Shown: positions 20,296 through 30,001 of the stretch, in pieces
How positions within the stretch are numbered: position 1 is the first letter of the stretch
Layout: each line of letters begins with the position of its first letter
Assembly (NCBI GenBank): GCA_963976765.1
Contig: CAXBME010000017.1
Span: 124,001 to 186,133 of the forward strand
Length of the DNA stretch: 62,133 nt
From: an uncultured Planctomycetaceae bacterium
Lineage (GTDB): Bacteria; Planctomycetota; Planctomycetia; Planctomycetales; Planctomycetaceae
Reading direction: 5' to 3'
Position numbers and translations under genes: made by a program
The notes under the pieces: model-generated
The model's input: only the letters and a program-made list of their open reading frames with translations
The model's database searches: none
What the model was told of the DNA's origin: nothing

Positions 20296-20702
20296 AGGTC
20301 ATTGCGAATTCCGATTGCCGTGGCGGTGGCGTAGGCCTTGCAGTGGGAGATGGTGATCAGGATTTCGTCGATGCCAATCTTTTCGGCATACTCACCCGCT
20401 CCTCCCCGGATATTTACGAAAGGCTGACCGCTTTTCTCGTTCAGAATCTCGATATCCAGCCAACCGATGCCTTTCACGAAGCCGGTGCCCAGCACCTTCA
20501 TGATGGCTTCCTTCGCGGCCCAGCGTCCGGCGAAGGCTTCGTAGCAGTGCTTTCGCTTCTGGCAGTACTTGATCTCTTCGGATGTGTAGATCCGGTTGAT
20601 GAAGGTCTCTGCGTGCCGCTCGATCATTTTGGCGATTCGAGCAATCTCGACGATGTCTGTTCCAAGTCCGACGACCACGGGATTTGAGCTTTCAAAGTAC
20701 AA
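20292..20702 (-). CDS. acpS: Holo-[acyl-carrier-protein] synthase
   Basis: GLGTDIVE, FAGRWAAKEA and ITISH motifs. Start may be GTG 20678. Confidence 0.95.
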   Translation of the reverse strand: MYFESSNPVVVGLGTDIVEIARIAKMIERHAETFINRIYTSEEIKYCQKRKHCYEAFAGRWAAKEAIMKVLGTGFVKGIGWLDIEILNEKSGQPFVNIRGGAGEYAEKIGIDEILITISHCKAYATATAIGIRNDL

Positions 20703-20798
20703 ACAGAGAGTGATTTTTCTGTCGGGCGTCTTAACGCACCACAGCGTCGCTTGGCTTGACAGTGAGTCAGGACGCAGCCAGCAAAAGGGGCCGCGAGG

Positions 20799-21758
20799 TT
20801 ACTTCATGCCCTGAGCTTCGTCCAACAGTCGCTTCAGATCGGCGAACTGTTCGTCGCTCAGTCGGACCCTGGTCAGGTGTCGTGATAATTTTTCAGATGT
20901 TTCGATTTCAAAGTTGACGACCGGGCGAACATCGCAGTCGCACGCCGATAATTCCACAGAAATGGCGGCGATCGATGCCTCAGCAGAGTCAGACGCCATC
21001 TGTTTGAGTGATTCCGGTACCGGTGCTGAGAAAAGGTGCGAGCGAATGACGCGTCGCCAGGTCTGGCACGTCGAGCAGAACGGATTTGCGCCTGCCGATC
21101 GGGCCAGCCATCCAGCGGCGATGCCTGCCAGAAGTAACTCGGCCAGTCCGGTCAATGTTGCAACGACTCGACTTTCAGAAACGACGGAAACTCGATGGGC
21201 GAGCCAGTCACTGAGTTCTACGCTCGGCGGAGCGGTCTGCTGTTTAAGAAACTCTTCCGTTTGACGTCGGGTTTCTTTGTACGCTTTGAGCTGTTCCTCG
21301 TCGCCGTCTTCTGGTTTCTGCATCTGAGCCAGCATTTGTGCGGCGAGTGCTGCATCGGGGCGAGGCTTCCCGGGGATCTTCATCTGAGCCGCCCAGCCCA
21401 TCCACCACAGAGTTGCCGCCACGGCGACGCTTGCCACTCCGCAGGCAAAACCGCCGACGGCACCGACTCGCCGAAAATGCATTTTGAACGGTACAGCGAC
21501 GCGACTAATCGCCAGCCCGACGACGCATCCCTGTCCGACGGCCAGTAACCCCAGCAACCTGAACCGAGTCGGCACGAATCCAAACAGCGTGCCAATCGCC
21601 GCGGCAATAAAAAGACCAGACAGCAGCCATAAAAACGACCGCCGCAAACCAGGCTCGAATCCTGGTGAGTTCTTTTCAGCTGCCGGCGTCGATTCTGAAG
21701 CAGCGCGTGCTGATGCTGATTCATCGTTGTTCGAGTCTGCGTGATCCGGCTCGGGCAT
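20799..21758 (-). CDS. Hypothetical membrane protein (about 4 TM) with C-terminal Cys motifs
   Basis: Hydrophobic segments, then FCSTC and CDC. Confidence 0.72.
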   Translation of the reverse strand: MPEPDHADSNNDESASARAASESTPAAEKNSPGFEPGLRRSFLWLLSGLFIAAAIGTLFGFVPTRFRLLGLLAVGQGCVVGLAISRVAVPFKMHFRRVGAVGGFACGVASVAVAATLWWMGWAAQMKIPGKPRPDAALAAQMLAQMQKPEDGDEEQLKAYKETRRQTEEFLKQQTAPPSVELSDWLAHRVSVVSESRVVATLTGLAELLLAGIAAGWLARSAGANPFCSTCQTWRRVIRSHLFSAPVPESLKQMASDSAEASIAAISVELSACDCDVRPVVNFEIETSEKLSRHLTRVRLSDEQFADLKRLLDEAQGMK

Positions 21759-21915
21759 CTGTTCCGCGGTTTCCGATGTGAGAGTCGAAGTCGTGTCCAG
21801 TAAGGCAGCAGTTGGGCGAAACGGTGCTCACTCAAGAAAGAATGGAGTATAACGGCCACCCCGTCAGGCCATCTCTGAGCGTTTCCGTTTTCGAGTTCAA
21901 ACGATATCACGGACC

Positions 21916-23940
21916 ATGAGCACAACAAGCGTCATCAATATTCTCCGCGAGCGGATCCTTTGCCACTTCCCGTTGATGTTTCTGGCGACGCACGAAGAAG
22001 ATCGCTGGGAGTCGGAACTGGCCGACCTGGCACTCGACATGGAACGCGGACTCGTTATCTGGACGGCGACTGATGGAGCCGCTCCGCCGCTTGATGCTCA
22101 GAGTGGCGACCATCGCAACGCTGCGGACTTTCTGCATCAGATTTCCGACTACCCGCGTGATCACGTTTTTCTGCTGAAAGATTTTCATCCGTACCTGAAA
22201 GATCCGTTTGTCGTACGTCGACTCCGCGATGTCATTCCGAAACTGACCGAGCAGAACAAAACCATTCTGCTGATGGGGCCGGAGGGGATGGTGCCGGTTG
22301 AACTGCAACGCGATTCGGTTGCTCTCGACCTGCCCCTGCCCGGACTGGAAGACTTACGCGAGGAACTGCGTGAACTACTTATCCAGCGACAGCATCAGGG
22401 CGAAACCAGCCTGCGGTTGAACGAGCAGCAGGAAGAAAAACTGCTGAAGGCGGTCATGGGGCTGACAACGAAACAGGTGCGGCAGGCTCTGTCGCGAGCG
22501 TTGCTTGGTCGCAGCAAAGTCGACGGCGAGGTTTACGCGGCTTTGATTGCCGAGAAGAAGCATATGGTTCAGGGCTCGGACATGCTCGAATTTCAGGAGC
22601 TGGCCGAAGGCGCGAAAGACATCGGCGGACTTGAGGCGCTGAAAGCGTGGGTCGGCACGAGGGCCGAAGCCTTTTCTGAAAAGGCTCGACAACAGGGTAT
22701 CCCGGCGCCAAAGGGAGTGTTGCTGCTGGGCGTGCAGGGGTGCGGAAAAAGTCTGACGTCACGAGCGATCGCTCAGATGCTCGCCTTCCCGCTCGTCCGT
22801 CTGGACGTTTCGACATTACTCAGCGGCGGGCTGGGCGAATCGGAAAAGAATCTGCGAGACGTGCTGAATCTGATGGAGATGATCGCTCCGGCGGTGCTCT
22901 GGATGGACGAAGTTGAAAAAGGTTTCGCCGGAGTCGGCGAAGAATCCGGCAGCGATTCGACGATGGTTCGCCTGATGGGGCGATTCCTGACGTGGATGCA
23001 GGAAAAGAAAGCTCCGGTGTTTGTGGTCGCGACGGCGAACTCGGTGAAGGGGCTGCCTCCGGAAATGCTGCGTCGAGGTCGTTTTGACGAACTCTTTTTC
23101 GTCGACTTGCCCAACTACCACGAGCGAAAAACGATCCTCGAAATTCACCTGAAGAAACAGAAGCTCGATCCAGCCAGTTTTGACCTCGGGCATCTTTCCG
23201 ACAAGTGTGAAGGTTACAGTGGTGCGGAAATCGAGCAGTCGGTCCAGACGGCGGTTGTCGAAAATTACAACCGCAACGGCAGTGTCGGCATGAAGGATCT
23301 GGAAGATGCGATTGACGACACCGTTCCGCTGTCAGTCACGATGGAAGAAAAGATTTTTGAACTTCGCGAGTGGGCCAAGAGCCGCTGCCGTCCGGCGACG
23401 CCTGATAGCCGGGTTCTTCAAATGCTGGAAGAAGAGCATCGCGAAAAGACCGGTCAAGCACCGCCGGAAATGTTCAACCTTATCGACGACGACAGTGCCG
23501 ACGAGCCCGCTGAAGAATTCAACTGGCGGACGCTGATCGCCGAAGGCCGAGTTCAAGCCGGACTACTGGAGTACGTTTCTGAGCACGACGGGATCACGCT
23601 CGCGGAACTTCAGAAAGCCGTCAGTGGACATGTCGCCGCTGAAGGTGAATTTGGCCTCGCACTGCGAGCCGACCCGCACGTCGTTATCTGGCACGGAATG
23701 AGCGCCGACATTGCCGCTCCACTGGCGAAGTTGATTTCTGCCCGAAAACTTTACCTGCATCCCGTTTCTGATTCGCAGTACGGTGTTGATGCCACCAGCG
23801 TGCCGTTGCCAAAACTGGCAACGCTGACCGACAAGCGACTCACCAGAACGGCCTGGTTCCCGGTTACCATCAGCGCGATTGCCCCGGAAGAAGTCGACGA
23901 CCGGCTGGTTCGAGTCGCTCGGATGAAACTTCGTCGATGA
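21916..23940 (+). CDS. Ycf46-like AAA+ ATPase with an extra C-terminal domain
   Basis: FLLKDFHPY degenerate first module, DIGGLEALK, Walker A GVQGCGKS, Walker B LWMDEVEK, LPPEMLRRGRFDELFFVDLP and GYSGAEIEQ; about 140-aa C-terminal extension after an acidic linker. Confidence 0.9.
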   Translation: MSTTSVINILRERILCHFPLMFLATHEEDRWESELADLALDMERGLVIWTATDGAAPPLDAQSGDHRNAADFLHQISDYPRDHVFLLKDFHPYLKDPFVVRRLRDVIPKLTEQNKTILLMGPEGMVPVELQRDSVALDLPLPGLEDLREELRELLIQRQHQGETSLRLNEQQEEKLLKAVMGLTTKQVRQALSRALLGRSKVDGEVYAALIAEKKHMVQGSDMLEFQELAEGAKDIGGLEALKAWVGTRAEAFSEKARQQGIPAPKGVLLLGVQGCGKSLTSRAIAQMLAFPLVRLDVSTLLSGGLGESEKNLRDVLNLMEMIAPAVLWMDEVEKGFAGVGEESGSDSTMVRLMGRFLTWMQEKKAPVFVVATANSVKGLPPEMLRRGRFDELFFVDLPNYHERKTILEIHLKKQKLDPASFDLGHLSDKCEGYSGAEIEQSVQTAVVENYNRNGSVGMKDLEDAIDDTVPLSVTMEEKIFELREWAKSRCRPATPDSRVLQMLEEEHREKTGQAPPEMFNLIDDDSADEPAEEFNWRTLIAEGRVQAGLLEYVSEHDGITLAELQKAVSGHVAAEGEFGLALRADPHVVIWHGMSADIAAPLAKLISARKLYLHPVSDSQYGVDATSVPLPKLATLTDKRLTRTAWFPVTISAIAPEEVDDRLVRVARMKLRR

Positions 23941-23986
23941 ACAGGCTGGGGCTGTTTCTCGCCAGCACTTAGCGCCCGCCTGTTCA
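23938..23986. terminator. Hairpin between convergent genes
   Basis: TGAACAGGC...GCCTGTTCA inverted arms; no clear U-tract. Confidence 0.4.
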
Positions 23987-24007
23987 GTTCACAGCTGCGG
24001 GGCTGAT

Positions 24008-25363
24008 TTAATCCAGGATGAAGAAACGTTCGGCCTGGGCAACTGTTTTTTCATCCAGTTTGCGCAGCATATCGACGTATTTCTGCCCCTTCTTTGCGTG
24101 CTCGGGCATGACTGATTTTTCGCCGCTGGTTGCTTCGTCTGGAACGTCCTTTGTGCTGACCAGCATGTAGCGGACGATGGCTCGCTTGATTGACGGAACG
24201 TTGAACGGATCGCCCGACGCAGTGTCCAGCTTCTGGTCGCCGACAACCTGTTTCCACATTTCGCCGAAGATGTCTCTCCTGGAAGGTTTTCCGGTTTCGT
24301 CTGGCTTGTCTTTGGAAGCGACTTTCTCTCCTGCTTCTTCAGCCGGTGCTTCTTCGTCAGGAGCTGACGCGAGAGCCTGGATGTAAAGTGCCATCAGGCG
24401 GTCCTGGACTTCCCAGTCCTTCCACCGGGCCAGGTCGGCAATAACCAGATCAGCCAGTTCAGGCCGATCAAGCAGAATTCGCATCGACGCACGCAGTCGA
24501 CCTGGTTCAATGCGGCCCTCGGCGTATTTCCACATGAATCGCAGAGCCTGCATCGCGGCGTAGGTTTCGCTGAATGGTACGTTTCTGTTCTGGAGCTTGT
24601 GTTCGTCGAGGACGGCCATGCCTTTCTCGCCGGTCAGCAGCAGATACCCCGACATCAGCCCATCAATGCCCAGGCGAAAGTCTTCGGTCTTTTCCAGAAT
24701 TTTCGCTTTTAGAATCTTCGCGTCTTCGTCGTTTCCGCAAAGGCCGATCAGCAGACCGTAAAGGCCCATACGGGTTGCCGGAGTGTCTTTGTTGATGATC
24801 CAGCCTCGAATTTTCTCACGCGGAAGTTTCTCAGCCAGTTGCGTGATGTCGTCGTAAGGAGCATTCGCAAATTCGCCGTACGCGTCGTTCGAAATCATCT
24901 GGTCGGGGTATTCCAGAAACTTCACGTAATACTCGAGTCGTTTGACGGTTGGCGTCTCTGGAGACGGCGCCTGCGCGACATAGTTGAAAGATGTCTCTGT
25001 GACTTCCAGAGGGCTGGCCCACTCGATCGTGACCCCTTTGCTCCCGACCAGTAGAAACAGGTCGCCGACTTTACTCTCACGGTATCGAGGCAGCGTTATC
25101 CGGTCTTCCACCTTCAGCTCGCCCTTATGGTTGCGAACGATCTGGCGGATTTCGTAGACGGTTTCGCCAGCGGATTTGTCAGTCGCCTTTTTGCCGCCGA
25201 CCCATTGAACCAGTACGGCGGCGTCGGCCTGAGCCATTTGCTCGGCGAGTGTCAGCGACGGAGCGGAACAGAACGGGCAGCAGCGAGCGGCTGAGGCTCC
25301 CGCAGTCGTCATTAAAAATGCCACTGCGGCAACGACTGCTGAGAATTTCCAAGCGTTAACCAT
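24008..25363 (-). CDS. Secreted hypothetical protein whose mature N-terminus carries CCPFC
   Basis: Signal peptide ending ASA, then ARCCPFCSAPS, a beta-rich domain and a helical-repeat region. Confidence 0.8.
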   Translation of the reverse strand: MVNAWKFSAVVAAVAFLMTTAGASAARCCPFCSAPSLTLAEQMAQADAAVLVQWVGGKKATDKSAGETVYEIRQIVRNHKGELKVEDRITLPRYRESKVGDLFLLVGSKGVTIEWASPLEVTETSFNYVAQAPSPETPTVKRLEYYVKFLEYPDQMISNDAYGEFANAPYDDITQLAEKLPREKIRGWIINKDTPATRMGLYGLLIGLCGNDEDAKILKAKILEKTEDFRLGIDGLMSGYLLLTGEKGMAVLDEHKLQNRNVPFSETYAAMQALRFMWKYAEGRIEPGRLRASMRILLDRPELADLVIADLARWKDWEVQDRLMALYIQALASAPDEEAPAEEAGEKVASKDKPDETGKPSRRDIFGEMWKQVVGDQKLDTASGDPFNVPSIKRAIVRYMLVSTKDVPDEATSGEKSVMPEHAKKGQKYVDMLRKLDEKTVAQAERFFILD

Positions 25364-25447
25364 GATGGGATCTCCTTCTGGAGTTGTCCGTGCTTAACCG
25401 GCAGCGTTGCAGCGGAAAAAGTTTCTCGAGGATGAGCAGGGCGAGGA

Positions 25448-26404
25448 TTATTGGTCAATCACGACCGCGTCGTCCAACGAGTACAGCTCGCCGGGAATAA
25501 TCGAGTCGCCAATGTGAAAGACGCCGATCACGTCGAACGGGCGATTCTGAATGTAGTCTGTTGATTCGCCCTTCCGCATGAAGACGTCGACGAGGTCGTA
25601 TACCAGCGGGTTTCGTCCGAAGCAGCAAATCTGGTTGTCGCGTGCCAGCGTGAAGGCTCGAATGTTCTCATCTTCGAATGGCGGAAACATGAATCCGCGA
25701 ACACGAATCCGTTTGCCGTCGAGATCCTTCAACCACTTCGGCATTCTCGATGGCGCGTCCTCGGTGACCGGGTCCATGTTGAGAACTTTGAGAAGATCAA
25801 AATCGTCGAAGCTGACTCGCAGCGCTTTCTCGGGGCCTTCCGTCTGAAACTTCTTATCCGGGATGAGCAGTGTCACGATGCGAGGCTGTTTGGATTCAGT
25901 TTTATCGTTGTTCTGTTTCGGGGCAGCAGAGCCGGTCGCTTCTGCAGTCGCTGAGGTGGTTCCGGTGGCAGGCTTACTGTCAGTGCCTGGCTGGTCAGCA
26001 CTCGAAACGTCTACCGCTTTTGCGTCTTTCGTCGTCGCCTCGGTACGACGCGCCTCGCCTGCTGAATCAACGGGTGAAGCAGTCAGGGGATCCGGCTTTC
26101 CGATGTTGTTTGCCAGTTCAGTCTTGAGTGGTTGCTCTACGGAGTCTTCAGGATCGACCGACTCTTCTGCCGAGGCTGTGGCAGGGGATATTGTGTCAGA
26201 CGCCGCATCGGCTGCTTCGGCAGGTCGAGCTTCGGTCAGGCTGGCTTCGGTCGTCTCCGACGAATTCGATGACAAGGTTTCAGGCTGATCGAGAATGACC
26301 TCGTAGCCAGCCGACTCGACTCCCCTGCTACAGCCTGTAAACGCCAGTGACAGAACTGCTGCCGCCGCGACATTCCACCCAATCCTTACAGGCGTTTGAA
26401 ACAT
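25448..26404 (-). CDS. DUF3299-like lipoprotein
   Basis: Lipobox LAFTG-C, long acidic/Ala/Thr linker, then LDGKRIRVRGFMFP...NQICCFG. Confidence 0.75.
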   Translation of the reverse strand: MFQTPVRIGWNVAAAAVLSLAFTGCSRGVESAGYEVILDQPETLSSNSSETTEASLTEARPAEAADAASDTISPATASAEESVDPEDSVEQPLKTELANNIGKPDPLTASPVDSAGEARRTEATTKDAKAVDVSSADQPGTDSKPATGTTSATAEATGSAAPKQNNDKTESKQPRIVTLLIPDKKFQTEGPEKALRVSFDDFDLLKVLNMDPVTEDAPSRMPKWLKDLDGKRIRVRGFMFPPFEDENIRAFTLARDNQICCFGRNPLVYDLVDVFMRKGESTDYIQNRPFDVIGVFHIGDSIIPGELYSLDDAVVIDQ

Positions 26405-26407
26405 GAC

Positions 26408-27118
26408 TCAGTACAACTTTCTGGCAAGCTCAAAATGGGAAGCGTCGATTCTGTAAGCAGGCTTCAGTTCACCAGCCCGGCGAAGGTCCGGTGCGACCAT
26501 GAAGTCTCCCGCGACCGCGACCAGTCCGTCGTAATATCGGGCAGGAGGCACCCCATCCGGAATGTTGACAAAGATCATATCGGTCAGTGCCGGCTTACCA
26601 CCGAAGCAACACTCACCGCTGTCTTTGCAAAGGATGAATTGCCGCAGACCTTCGGCTCGACCGTCAGGGTACATGTATCCTTTGAGAAAGATCTTCTTGC
26701 CGTCAAGAGCCTTAACGTCCGGGTGAAAATCCTGCTGGCCCTCAATTTGAGTAAAGCCTTTCTTTGAGATGTCCACGACAAAGCTGACACGTTCATAGCC
26801 TTCCGGAACTTCTGTCGCGTAAACATACGCGTGGAAAGCCGAACCGCAGCACAGGCATAAAGCACACAGCGTCAAACCGCCACGGACCAGCCAGATTCCG
26901 CTGTATTCGCCATTCGAACGCGAAATCTGCCGCTTCGCAAGGATCCCCAGCACGAGACCCAGAATTGCGAACGGGAGCGCGAATTCGGTAATCAGTGCCA
27001 GCAGCGAGATAAATCCCAGGACCGCCGTTACGGCAGCGAGAGGGGGAACCGGTCTGTAGTCGAACTCGTTCCTTGCCCCACTGGTTTCTGCTGTCATTTG
27101 TTCAACTGTCCGCGACAT
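26408..27118 (-). CDS. DUF4190-like membrane anchor fused to a DUF3299-like domain
   Basis: 2-3 TM segments with LGILAKRQISRS...YSG, then LDGKKIFLKGYMYP...SGECCFGG. Confidence 0.75.
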   Translation of the reverse strand: MSRTVEQMTAETSGARNEFDYRPVPPLAAVTAVLGFISLLALITEFALPFAILGLVLGILAKRQISRSNGEYSGIWLVRGGLTLCALCLCCGSAFHAYVYATEVPEGYERVSFVVDISKKGFTQIEGQQDFHPDVKALDGKKIFLKGYMYPDGRAEGLRQFILCKDSGECCFGGKPALTDMIFVNIPDGVPPARYYDGLVAVAGDFMVAPDLRRAGELKPAYRIDASHFELARKLY

Positions 27119-27335
27119 TAAAGAATCCTCGACGAAGCAATCCTGAAGAGTTCAGATAAGAACGCGAATAATTCACTGCCCGGAAATGAGAGGCGGTGAC
27201 TGGAAAGTGCGGGAGACCTGCCAGGCTGGGGCGATCGTAACGCGTCTGCACGACGGGTATCCGCGACCGTACGTGCGAAAAGATAATATCACGGGAAGAT
27301 TTCATTTCGACAGCGAATTGCGCCACGCCGGGAAA

Positions 27336-27351
27336 TGTTCCACCTGGAACT
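27336..27351. promoter_or_regulatory. parS-like palindrome
   Basis: TGTTCCACCTGGAACT, 14/16 match to TGTTCCACGTGGAACA; intergenic. Confidence 0.35.
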
Positions 27352-27492
27352 GACTGGCGATGCGGGTCAGACTGGCCAGCACGAACGGTCGGCCCTTTTC
27401 CGACCGTGCCAGTACGCGACGTCGCCGGTCGCCGCTCACGTCAAAGGGCTTCGAGTGCTCACCGGCTGAACTCGCGCCGGCCAGACGCTGTC

Positions 27493-28218
27493 TCAGCAGG
27501 AAACGAGTTCTTTCATCTCTCGTACGGCCTTTTCGAAACCCACCAGCACGGCTCGAGCGATAATGCTGTGGCCGATGTTCAGTTCGCAGGTTCCCTCAAT
27601 CTGCGCAACCGGAATGACATTCCGATACGTCAGCCCGTGCCCCATGTGCAGCAGCAGACCGGCGTCGATCGCAGCTCGGCCGGCGGCTTTGAGTTTTTGC
27701 AGCTCGGCCAACTGCGCCGAATTCGAGGTCGCATCAGCATAGCAGCCAGTGTGAAGCTCGATCGCCGTCACTCCGAGTTCTCGCGATGCTTCAATCTGGT
27801 CAGGTTCCGGATCGATGAACAGACTGACTTCGATACCGGCATCCTGAAGCTGGCGGACGACCTCGCCAACACGCTGTCGATTCCCGATCACGTCGAGGCC
27901 GCCTTCGGTGGTGACTTCCTGCCGTTTCTCCGGCACCAGCGTGACCTGCTCGGGCTTTGTCTGAAGAGCGATCTGCACGATCTCTTCGGCGGTTGCCATT
28001 TCGAGATTCAGTTTCACCTGAACTGTGTCGCGAAGGACTCGAACATCGCGATCCTGAATGTGGCGTCGGTCCTCTCGAAGGTGAATCGTGATTCCATCCG
28101 CGCCGCCCAACTCAGCCAGCGATGCCGCCCAGACCGGATCCGGCTCGACTGTCTGCCGCGCCTGACGAATGGTCGCAACGTGGTCGATGTTCACTCCGAG
28201 TCGAGGCATGGCAGTCAC
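27493..28218 (-). CDS. pdxJ: Pyridoxine 5'-phosphate synthase
   Basis: [40 protein letters not shown] and ELNIGHSII. Confidence 0.97.
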   Translation of the reverse strand: MTAMPRLGVNIDHVATIRQARQTVEPDPVWAASLAELGGADGITIHLREDRRHIQDRDVRVLRDTVQVKLNLEMATAEEIVQIALQTKPEQVTLVPEKRQEVTTEGGLDVIGNRQRVGEVVRQLQDAGIEVSLFIDPEPDQIEASRELGVTAIELHTGCYADATSNSAQLAELQKLKAAGRAAIDAGLLLHMGHGLTYRNVIPVAQIEGTCELNIGHSIIARAVLVGFEKAVREMKELVSC

Positions 28219-28244
28219 ATAATTAAGGGAGAGGAAGAAAACGG

Positions 28245-28320
28245 CGGAACGCTAAAAAGCACTGATCTTCGCTGATCGACAAAAGTAAATCAGTGAAAAT
28301 CAGCGTCGATCAGTGTTCCG
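28245..28320. repeat. Intergenic long-hairpin element with 9-nt period (C[AG]CTGAT type)
   Basis: 32-bp arms CGGAACGCTAAAAAGCACTGATCTTCGCTGAT and ATCAGTGAAAATCAGCGTCGATCAGTGTTCCG. Confidence 0.8.
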
Positions 28321-28344
28321 GATTTTCAGTGATTCGTCAGTTTT

Positions 28345-29418
28345 TCAGCAGTCGATTTCGATCAGGTGCTTGGGGAAGGCTGTCAGAACATCGCAGCCGT
28401 TTTCCGTGATGACAATGTCGTCTTCGATCCGCATTCCGCCAAAACCTTCGATGTAGACTCCTGGTTCGATCGTCCAGATCTGGCCGACGGCGATGTTCTG
28501 GTCAACAGTCGACGAAAGCCGACCGGTGTCGTGGACGAGCGCTCCGAGGCCATGACCGAGACCATGACCAAAATACTGGGCGAGATCCTGCTCATCGAGA
28601 ATCGTCCGAGCCAGTCCATCGACATCTTTTCCGTTGACTCCGGGTTTCATGGCTTCGACGCAGGCGCATTGAGCCTTCAGCAGTTGGTCGTAGATTGTCC
28701 GTTGCCGATCAGACGCCGGCCCAAGGACGATGGTTCGTGTGATGTCGCTGTTGTAGCCGTCGACACAGGCCCCCAGATCGAACGTAATCAGATCACCTTT
28801 CTCCAGAATTTTTTCACCCGGGTTGCCGTGAGGTCGAGCCGTTTTCAACCCGCTGACCATGATTGGGTCAAACGCGGACGTTGCTGAATGCTGCCTCAAA
28901 AAGTCTTCAAACGCCCAGAAGAGTTCCAGTTCAGAAACACCAGGCCGAGCCATCGTCAGCAGCATTTCGAGTGCCTTGTCGGAGATTCCGCAGCAGTGTC
29001 GAACCTTTGCGACTTCTTCTGCGGACTTGACCATTCGCAGGTCGTCGATCGGGTCGTCCGTGGGCTGAAGTTCGACTCCGGACAACGCCGTCGTCCACTT
29101 CTCAAGCGTTGCCACAGTCACGTGATTTCGGTCGAAAGCGAGCTTTGAAATCCCGAGTCGGGCGACGTGATCGGCCAGGAATTCCTCGACCTTCTGCGGA
29201 CTTCGAAACGAGTCGACCGGCAAATCGCGGCACTGCTCAGCGGCCTGAATTGTGTAGCGACTGTCGGTTAGAAAAGCTCCGGAGTCACGAGTGACGACAG
29301 CCAGCCCGAAGCTCCCGGTAAAGCCGGTCAGCCAGTAGATTGCCGGCAGGTTGCTGATCACAACGGCCGGAATTTTTCGTTCGACTAAGGCGTCCTGCAG
29401 TCGTTCAACGTTGGTCAT
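28345..29418 (-). CDS. Xaa-Pro peptidase (M24B)
   Basis: WLTGFTGS, TDSRY, LRMVKS, PHG, DLG...YNSDITRT, HGLGHGLG, TIEPGVY and RIEDD. Probable ATG 29418. Confidence 0.93.
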   Translation of the reverse strand: MTNVERLQDALVERKIPAVVISNLPAIYWLTGFTGSFGLAVVTRDSGAFLTDSRYTIQAAEQCRDLPVDSFRSPQKVEEFLADHVARLGISKLAFDRNHVTVATLEKWTTALSGVELQPTDDPIDDLRMVKSAEEVAKVRHCCGISDKALEMLLTMARPGVSELELFWAFEDFLRQHSATSAFDPIMVSGLKTARPHGNPGEKILEKGDLITFDLGACVDGYNSDITRTIVLGPASDRQRTIYDQLLKAQCACVEAMKPGVNGKDVDGLARTILDEQDLAQYFGHGLGHGLGALVHDTGRLSSTVDQNIAVGQIWTIEPGVYIEGFGGMRIEDDIVITENGCDVLTAFPKHLIEIDC

Positions 29419-29824
29419 ACCTGGGTCCACATCGGTCTTCTTAATCGGTGATTTCATTGGTGAATGAGGCGAAACCAGCTCTCGTCACATTCAAACAGAT
29501 CACGAAATATGACTCGACAAGCGTGTGTCGAAACTCCGTGACGGCAGGATAATCATCGAGACCTGTCACCGCGAGAGGCGCAAAATAGCGTGAACGGAGA
29601 CGGATTGCCCTCTCAGAAGAATACTCACGCAAAATGAAGTAAGGCTGCAGATTTGCCAGTGGTGAAGTTGTCATGACATCTGACGCCTTCAAATTACCGA
29701 TCACCCGCTGGCAGTGGCATCCAGATTTGGGGTAATTCGAACAGCCATCAAGCATGTTATGTTTCATGCTGTTTTCAGCTTTCATATACGAACACAGTTG
29801 ATAGACTTAACGACAGATTTCGAA

Positions 29825-29844
29825 ATACATTCATGTGAATGTAT
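29825..29844. promoter_or_regulatory. Perfect operator-like palindrome in a divergent AT-richer intergenic region
   Basis: ATACATTCA-TG-TGAATGTAT. Confidence 0.45.
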
Positions 29845-30001
29845 GCGTTTGTGGCTTCATCTTCTGCACGAATGCAAATGCGTCGGAACCGGGCGGATAA
29901 CTGAGCGGAAACGCTTCGTTGCTCGGATTTGTGGTGCGGGTGTGAAGTTAGCATCTCCATTTTTCTCGGGACGATGGTTTTTCCATCGAAGGGGGTGAGC
30001 A

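Noticed and set aside
27406..28275. 289-aa plus-strand ORF
   Set aside because: Antisense to pdxJ and runs into a repeat element.
28345..29418. Horizontal origin of the Xaa-Pro peptidase
   Set aside because: Only a subjective impression of divergence; cannot be supported without a phylogeny.
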